A DNA stretch of 64,000 bases, taken from positions 1 to 64,000 of the IMG/VR virus record IMGVR_UViG_3300046532_001566. The stretch is one strand, 5' to 3'. The notes under the pieces were generated by a model. The model was not told the origin of the DNA and did not search any database. It saw only the letters and a program-made list of their open reading frames with translations. The translations under genes were made by a program, and so were the position numbers. This stretch comes from a virus. Below, piece after piece: positions 58,215-64,000 of the stretch (position 1 is its first letter; each line of letters opens with the position of its first letter).

Positions 58215-59668
58215 TAATATTTTACCTTATGTGTTTCGTATGGATAATTTGCTTCGTTATAAAATTTCTTTCGCTTTGCAAGATGTCTTTTAGAGAATTT
58301 TGCATTACTTGTAATATCCCATATCTGAACAAAGTCTTTGTCGTCTGCTTTTCTAATTCCTCTACCAATGCTCTGTATTGTTCTTACAAAACTCTTACCT
58401 GGTTCAACTAGCACCAAGTTAAAGATACGAGGAATATTAATCCCTACACTAGCAACTCCATATGTTGCTACAATAATCTTATTGTTTAGTGTTTGAATTT
58501 CATTATATTCTGCTTTACGGTCTTTACTTTTCATAGAACCAGATACAAAAACACAATCTTCTAGTATCTCTTCTAGCATCTGGCCTGTTTTAATTCTATC
58601 AACTAATATAAGTGTGTTTCCTCCTTCACTTATTGATTCAAATTTCCTTGCTAGTTCGTCTATACGTTCTTTATTTGTAGTAAGGAAAGATAATTCTTCT
58701 TGGTAACTGTTATAGTCAACACTATCTTGGTATTGTAGTACTTTAACATGACAATTAGACAATACACCCTTGTCTTGTAGCTCACTCGCTTGTAGCCTGT
58801 GTAATACCTCGCCTAAACTGCATATTAGACTGATATATTCGTGTTCTTCTTTTGGTATTGTTCCTGTTAGACCCCAACGTATTGGAATATGTGCAAAAGG
58901 TCCTGTGAGCATTGTTCTAAGAACATCAGCTTTGGCCATATGCACTTCATCTACCATAACTGCTATTAAGTTATCTGTAATAATGTCAATACTAACATTA
59001 CTCTTACCATCTTTATATCGTTTGATTAACGAATTTAAGCTCTGCCACGTTGCAATAGTATGCTGGTGTCCTGCGTCCTTTTCGTCTCCAAAAAATACAC
59101 CTACATCTAATCCTAAATTGACATAATCTTCTTGTGTTTGTTTAACTAGATCCTTATTAGGTACAATAACTAATGTCCGACCATATGGCTCGCACATTAG
59201 ACTCATTGCGGCTGTCATTAATGTCTTGCCGGCACCAGTTGCAATCTCTTGTACACCATGAGGGTTAGCAAGGAACCTGTTAATACATTCTACCTGGTAG
59301 TCCCTTAATACAATAGACTTGCCTTCTGCTACATGTCCTTTTGGCCAAACTATATGCGAAAATGTATCTTCGGTAACTTGAACAAACTCAAAATTATGAT
59401 TAACACGGTTGTCAACAAGTTCAACACTCCATCCTTCATCATCTAATATAGGTAATACTCGATCTAGCAAATTTAAATAAGTTGCACCAGCGGCTGTAAA
59501 GAATCCAATCTTACCATCCCATCTACCTAGCCGATAAGCCGGTACATGATATGCATAAGGAAGCATATACTTTAACTTGTTTTCGCAAGTTCGTCGAGTA
59601 CTAGGTGAAAGATCGTGAAATCTAACATTAACTTCGTCTCGTATTTCTAATTTACATATGCCTGCCAT
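58214..59668 (-). CDS. uvsW: UvsW-like SF2 DNA helicase
   Basis: LRDYQ, ATGAGKT, DEVH, GLTGT, QSIGRGIR; start revised to MAGIC behind TTTACT-N17-TATAAT. Confidence 0.9.
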   Translation of the reverse strand: MAGICKLEIRDEVNVRFHDLSPSTRRTCENKLKYMLPYAYHVPAYRLGRWDGKIGFFTAAGATYLNLLDRVLPILDDEGWSVELVDNRVNHNFEFVQVTEDTFSHIVWPKGHVAEGKSIVLRDYQVECINRFLANPHGVQEIATGAGKTLMTAAMSLMCEPYGRTLVIVPNKDLVKQTQEDYVNLGLDVGVFFGDEKDAGHQHTIATWQSLNSLIKRYKDGKSNVSIDIITDNLIAVMVDEVHMAKADVLRTMLTGPFAHIPIRWGLTGTIPKEEHEYISLICSLGEVLHRLQASELQDKGVLSNCHVKVLQYQDSVDYNSYQEELSFLTTNKERIDELARKFESISEGGNTLILVDRIKTGQMLEEILEDCVFVSGSMKSKDRKAEYNEIQTLNNKIIVATYGVASVGINIPRIFNLVLVEPGKSFVRTIQSIGRGIRKADDKDFVQIWDITSNAKFSKRHLAKRKKFYNEANYPYETHKVKY

Positions 59669-59720
59669 AGTATTATTATACATCCTTATCAAGTGAAAGT
59701 AAAGCTTCTTGATAGCCGAA

Positions 59721-59749
59721 AGAAAAGGTACCCTCCCGAAGGAGGGTAC
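59721..59749 (-). terminator. cUUCGg-tetraloop intrinsic terminator
   Basis: GTACCCTCC-TTCG-GGAGGGTAC then CTTTTCTTT. Confidence 0.85.
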
Positions 59750-59790
59750 TAAATAGGTGCCACCACGCAAATGTCAACACCTATTAAACT

Positions 59791-60228
59791 CTAATTACAT
59801 GCCTTAACCGCAAGTGCCAATGTAGCAAGATTTAAATCTTGGAACATGGTCTTACCTTTAATGGTCTGACCTACGATTCTCATACGGTTCTTACCAACAT
59901 AGCTGGTAGCCGGAATCATAATAAAGCCTGTGTCTCGTTCTAAACGAGAAGCATCTACCTTAGGTAATGCTGGTTCCGAATCCAATCGAATTTGGTAATT
60001 CACAATACCGTTCTGCTTAAAATTAACATAAACTGTGTCTGCATTCGCAGTAACATTTCTTTGCTTAGTTGAGGTAACTTTGCAATATGAATTGTCAGAC
60101 ATTGCATTAACTGATACAACCGTCTTCCACATCTTACCTTTATACGTTGTCTTACTGTCCTCTGCCGCAAGAGCACTAGTACTTACTAGTGCCAATGTTG
60201 CTGTCATTAAAAATAATTTCTTAAACAT
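59791..60228 (-). CDS. Exported hypothetical protein
   Basis: Signal peptide ..SALA; SD GGAGG. Confidence 0.7.
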   Translation of the reverse strand: MFKKLFLMTATLALVSTSALAAEDSKTTYKGKMWKTVVSVNAMSDNSYCKVTSTKQRNVTANADTVYVNFKQNGIVNYQIRLDSEPALPKVDASRLERDTGFIMIPATSYVGKNRMRIVGQTIKGKTMFQDLNLATLALAVKACN

Positions 60229-60243
60229 TATTAAATGCCTCCT

Positions 60244-61284
60244 TTAAAAGCTTCGTTTCATTACTGTAGTTTCTGCAAGACGTTTCCATTTACCATCCAC
60301 ACCAGTCATCTTGCAAAGATCCGCAACCTTAATCACTGTACGAAGTGAAAGCTCACGAAGTCTGTCCTGGTTAGTTTCTACGTAATCGTATATCATCTTA
60401 TTTTCAGCTTCACTAAAGTTATAAGAGTTTAACATACCATCTCGCATAATTTGTTTGATACGAAGCATCTTGTCGTATGCTGAATCAAGTGTAAGATCCA
60501 AATAGTGACAACGTGACTCAAGAGCACTAAGATGATCTTTAAGTTTTGCACTTCGTACATGCTCAAATTTAATGTTAGTAATAAAAATTGCACTACCTTT
60601 AAATTCAAAACGATCCGGAACACCTTCCCTACGCAACATTGAGGAATCTGTGTTCCAGCAAATAATACGTTTCTTAGAACTATCTAATGCCGCTTTAAGA
60701 ATATTCAAGGACAAATCATCCATTAACACACTATCGCAATCATCAAATACTAATACGTTTCCGGCATCTGCATACTGAAACAATTTGCAGTACAAACCAA
60801 TTGGACTCATTGCACCCTTAACAACTTCAAAACGAGGAGTCATATTAGCAATTTTATCAAACATGGCCGCTTTTTCAAGTGTTCGTTCTACACCAAACGA
60901 TTTACCAACACCTGGAGGTCCTACAACAATCATTGCACGAACTGTACCTTCAATTGCCGCTTCTGTCATGTCCTCAAGGATTTCAAAACGTTCTGCAATC
61001 TCTTCCAAACGTGTTGCATCATATTCTGCATCGTGCTTTTCTGCTGACGGAAGATTACTATCTACTTCAGGAGTAAATGCTTCACTTGCATTAGCCGGAA
61101 CAATGTCTTCCATGCTTGCTACTTTAACACGAATCTGTTTGTCTGCAAAATCTCCAAATGAGTCATCTGCAACAACGGTTACATAACCGCCTTTTTCATT
61201 GTAGTCTGCTACTAATTGCAGTACTTTATTATGTACTGTAAAAGTGCGGTATTTTCCGTTTGTAATTTTTATAAAAGCTGACAT
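60244..61284 (-). CDS. AAA+ P-loop ATPase
   Basis: GPPGVGKS, VLVFDDCD, FITN, ALESR; promoter TTGACA-N17-TATACT at 61322-61350. Confidence 0.85.
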   Translation of the reverse strand: MSAFIKITNGKYRTFTVHNKVLQLVADYNEKGGYVTVVADDSFGDFADKQIRVKVASMEDIVPANASEAFTPEVDSNLPSAEKHDAEYDATRLEEIAERFEILEDMTEAAIEGTVRAMIVVGPPGVGKSFGVERTLEKAAMFDKIANMTPRFEVVKGAMSPIGLYCKLFQYADAGNVLVFDDCDSVLMDDLSLNILKAALDSSKKRIICWNTDSSMLRREGVPDRFEFKGSAIFITNIKFEHVRSAKLKDHLSALESRCHYLDLTLDSAYDKMLRIKQIMRDGMLNSYNFSEAENKMIYDYVETNQDRLRELSLRTVIKVADLCKMTGVDGKWKRLAETTVMKRSF

Positions 61285-61346
61285 TTAATTTCCTTTGCGT
61301 GGTTAAACTCTCATTATATATAGTATAGCACCAGTTGGACCTAATG

Positions 61347-61475
61347 TCAACCTTTATTTTGCTTTTTTTGCAAGTTTTTTTGATATAATTTCAAAAAATT
61401 ACGGCAATTTTGTTCAGCAACCTTATCGCCTAAACTTTTATAGTGTGCAATATTTGCTTTCATTGCTTCTTCCAT
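61347..61475 (-). CDS. 42-aa early hypothetical peptide
   Basis: Manual ORF MEEAMKANIAHYKSLGDKVAEQNCRNFLKLYQKNLQKKQNKG behind promoter TTGCTC-N17-TATACT (61514-61542). Confidence 0.35.
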   Translation of the reverse strand: MEEAMKANIAHYKSLGDKVAEQNCRNFLKLYQKNLQKKQNKG

Positions 61476-61558
61476 TTGCTTGACCTTTGTTGCTGTTTCC
61501 TTATTGTATATACAGTATACGGCCTTTTATCCTAAAGAGCAACCTTTTTCTGGTCCGC

Positions 61559-61628
61559 TAAGTCGTTGATTTATAAGGAAATAGTAAAATAATTGTAAAA
61601 TAATTTCTCTATATAAATCAACGACTTA
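61559..61628. repeat. Perfect 17-bp inverted repeat with internal 11-bp tandem repeat
   Basis: TAAGTCGTTGATTTATA-36nt-TATAAATCAACGACTTA; GTAAAATAATT x2 in the spacer. Confidence 0.85.
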
Positions 61629-62087
61629 CCGTAATTCCACATCTTCAAGTCCAGCCACCCGTAATTTAGTGATATTATTGATCTGAAACGACTTTGCATC
61701 CAGGGCTTTTGTGAGGCCTATAAACTTATTCCTCAATAATGCAAATTCATTGATGAGATTTTCCATTTGAGCCACTTCCGGCTCTCCATCTGTGTACTTT
61801 TCTGCGTCTCGACTGCTCAAAGTACGGTTGTAATGCTCTGTAAACTGTCTAAATTTAGCAGATCGTACTTTTCTAAGCTCAATGTTCAAATGTTCAAGGA
61901 TTGCTTCAATTTCTTGAAGCTGATTAAATCTCCATTCCACTTGTCCAGGCATTTCTCTGCTTTGCTTCTCTAAACTACCGTTCATTCTTAGCTCTTTTCT
62001 TGCTTCGTCTATTTCTGATTCAAAATATCCAATGCAAGCCGGCAAATGCGAGATATCTGTTTGAACTTTTCGGTACCAGGTGCTCAC
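61626..62087 (-). CDS. uvsY: UvsY-like recombination mediator
   Basis: Y...LSSRDAEKY.DGE..V, KALD.K.FQINNI.KLR.AG. Confidence 0.75.
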   Translation of the reverse strand: MSTWYRKVQTDISHLPACIGYFESEIDEARKELRMNGSLEKQSREMPGQVEWRFNQLQEIEAILEHLNIELRKVRSAKFRQFTEHYNRTLSSRDAEKYTDGEPEVAQMENLINEFALLRNKFIGLTKALDAKSFQINNITKLRVAGLEDVELR

Positions 62088-62327
62088 TTAGTAGTTCTCA
62101 TCTTCTTCATCATCTTCTTCATAGTCTACATCTCCAATTAAATCAGTTAAAGCCTGTGCTATTTCTCTACCTGCTACAACTAAGTCATCTCGTTGCACTT
62201 CTAGGTTGATATAATCCTCTGCAACCCTAATAAACGAGTGTGCGGCATCTTGTCTTTCTTTTTTATCTAAGTAAGGCTTTAATGCTACCCAAATCTCTGC
62301 AAGCATTTCTCCTGAATTATCCGTCAT
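62088..62327 (-). CDS. Acidic hypothetical protein
   Basis: SD GGAG; W..LK.Y.DKKER; D/E tail. Confidence 0.65.
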   Translation of the reverse strand: MTDNSGEMLAEIWVALKPYLDKKERQDAAHSFIRVAEDYINLEVQRDDLVVAGREIAQALTDLIGDVDYEEDDEEDENY

Positions 62328-62367
62328 GTATATCGCTCCTAATTTTTAATTGTCTAAGTTGCTATAC

Positions 62368-62796
62368 TTAGTTATATTTTTTAGCGAGTCTGTCCAAGTA
62401 TGTTTTATGATCTGTCCAAGTGATACCATCAACTAAGAATCCCCATTCTCGTTTTTGAATACCAGGTATGAATAAAGTCCAGGCATTAACATTAGGGTCA
62501 ATTTCTATCCTATGATAGCTTTCAGCTGATGAGATCCTGCAATGCCCAGGGCCTCTCCAGTGTTTGCCAGTTAGGGTATGCTCCCAATAACCGCCTCGAA
62601 GTATAAGAGTAAAGTATGACCACGGATGATCATGAAGGTCATCCGGGTCATTTTTCAGAAACTTATGAAGGAATATGTTAAATGGAAAATATTTACGATC
62701 TTTCAAGAACAAATAATATCGTTCTAAATAAGGCTCGTTACTATTTCTATCTAATATAAGTCTATAACGACCTATAGCTTTCATAAAACCTTTCAT
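62368..62796 (-). CDS. Cupin-fold protein
   Basis: LHDHPW...ILRGGYWE, YHRIE, WTLF. Confidence 0.75.
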   Translation of the reverse strand: MKGFMKAIGRYRLILDRNSNEPYLERYYLFLKDRKYFPFNIFLHKFLKNDPDDLHDHPWSYFTLILRGGYWEHTLTGKHWRGPGHCRISSAESYHRIEIDPNVNAWTLFIPGIQKREWGFLVDGITWTDHKTYLDRLAKKYN

Positions 62797-62797
62797 C

Positions 62798-63919
62798 TTA
62801 ACTCTCTACTGTTGTTTCTTCTACCTCTTCAGCTAATGCATCACCATCAGCTTCGCCGTTTGGACTAATTGCACCTTGATATGCCAAATCTTGACCTTTT
62901 GCAACAATATCTTTCATTACTTTATCAAGTACTTCATCAGTATATTGCTTGCGAAATTCTTTAATAATTTCACCATCAGTCATTGTGTATGCTAATTTGT
63001 TACCTTCCTTCTTTAACCAACCTCGAGCTTCAAATAATTCAACGAGACCACTATAAGGATCCATTCCAGTAGTGTACGGAATTTGTACTTGTACACTTTC
63101 AAATGGTTTTGAGTAACGTGTTTTCATAATCTTACAAGCGGCACGGATGCCATGTACCTGTGATGTCTTATTACCATCTGCATCAACTTTAAGTTTTAGT
63201 TTTTTCATTGCTACAACCATAGAACTTGCATAGATAAAACCAGCACCGCCGGTAATTTTGTCATCTGGATCAAACATATCCTGTGAAGCATATGTATGAT
63301 TAGTAACTACTAGTCCTACTGGGTGAGGTGCAATACGATTAACAGTATTTTTAATAAGAGCTGTCAATGCTTTGGCCTTACGACCCATATCACCTTTCAT
63401 ATCACCTGCTTCAAACTGGTTAACATCAGTTGGAGTAAGCAACATACCTACCGAATCGACAACAAACATAACTTTCTGTTGCTCTTCGTATGGCAGATCT
63501 GCATATTCGTCTTTGTAATTTTTCATGAATTCGGATAGAAATTTTGCTACCTCGTCAATCATGCTAACACCAAACCTCATTAACTTATCTGGTGAGGTAT
63601 CAATGTCTAATGCTTTCAACCAATCTTCATCTAGTGCATTCTCACTATCGAGAAGTACTGGAAGAATACCAAGGTGTTGTGCATTTCGTACAAGATTACC
63701 TGAACAAATGTAACTTTTACCTGATCCTGATTCTCCTGCAAACATAGTAACTTTGCCTAATGGAATTCCACGTTCAAAATCACCAGTCATTAGATAGTTA
63801 AGTGTGTGGTTGCCTGTACTAATCCAATCTCTTGGATCATTAAATCCAGTACTCATTCCTGGTACTGCTTTAGTTAAGTTTTTTCGAAACTTAGAAACGT
63901 CAAATGCTTTAGTTGTCAT
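62798..63919 (-). CDS. uvsX: UvsX/RecA-like recombinase
   Basis: WISTG, GESGSGKS, LDSENALD, VDSVGML, TNHTY, GG.G..YASS. Confidence 0.93.
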   Translation of the reverse strand: MTTKAFDVSKFRKNLTKAVPGMSTGFNDPRDWISTGNHTLNYLMTGDFERGIPLGKVTMFAGESGSGKSYICSGNLVRNAQHLGILPVLLDSENALDEDWLKALDIDTSPDKLMRFGVSMIDEVAKFLSEFMKNYKDEYADLPYEEQQKVMFVVDSVGMLLTPTDVNQFEAGDMKGDMGRKAKALTALIKNTVNRIAPHPVGLVVTNHTYASQDMFDPDDKITGGAGFIYASSMVVAMKKLKLKVDADGNKTSQVHGIRAACKIMKTRYSKPFESVQVQIPYTTGMDPYSGLVELFEARGWLKKEGNKLAYTMTDGEIIKEFRKQYTDEVLDKVMKDIVAKGQDLAYQGAISPNGEADGDALAEEVEETTVES

Positions 63920-63939
63920 AATTATCCTCTCTGTGTAAT

Positions 63940-63966
63940 TGGGGTGACTAATCTTCTAGCCACCCC
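63940..63966 (-). terminator. Hairpin upstream of uvsX
   Basis: GGGGTGGCTA-gaagat-TAGTCACCCC. Confidence 0.5.
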
Positions 63967-64000
63967 TTTATTACAAATTAGCTACCTGTTGTTTCTCTGT

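Noticed and set aside
59669-59770. N-terminal extension of uvsW
   Set aside because: Runs through a UUCG terminator and the promoter
38888-63919. Introns or inteins in nrdA, nrdB, helicases, uvsX
   Set aside because: ORFs are continuous and of normal length with no splicing motifs
1-64000. Stop-codon reassignment
   Set aside because: Standard code gives full-length, tightly packed genes ending in TAA, TAG and TGA; no suppressor tRNA

Overview
This is a 64 kb, AT-rich, gene-dense segment of a large T4-superfamily-like (probably jumbo) myophage, coded mostly on the minus strand. The host is most likely an alphaproteobacterium, judged from a two-piece tmRNA with tag ANDNFASEDFALAA and a GGCAGTA T-loop. 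The right half (36.4-64 kb) is core: PAAR spike, nrdAB, PD-(D/E)XK exonuclease, putative head/internal proteins with MKIT.. leaders, helicase, primase, a 193-aa minimal DnaE-like protein, UvsW, an AAA ATPase, UvsY and UvsX. The left half (0-36 kb) is accessory. It holds three tRNAs, the tmRNA, SpeD, a deaminase, a lipase, a porin, a complete TRAP transporter, a TctC-type receptor, two signal-peptide-less TRAP-SBP paralogues and six 2OG-Fe(II)/cupin oxygenases. The best candidate for an undescribed system is six glutaminase-less asparagine-synthetase-like PP-loop ligases. Four of them sit translationally coupled behind a dedicated partner protein, and all follow late-type promoter motifs. Two promoter classes (sigma70-like and TAAATA late-like) and systematic leaderless starts are visible. 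All functional calls are motif-based by eye; no searches were run.
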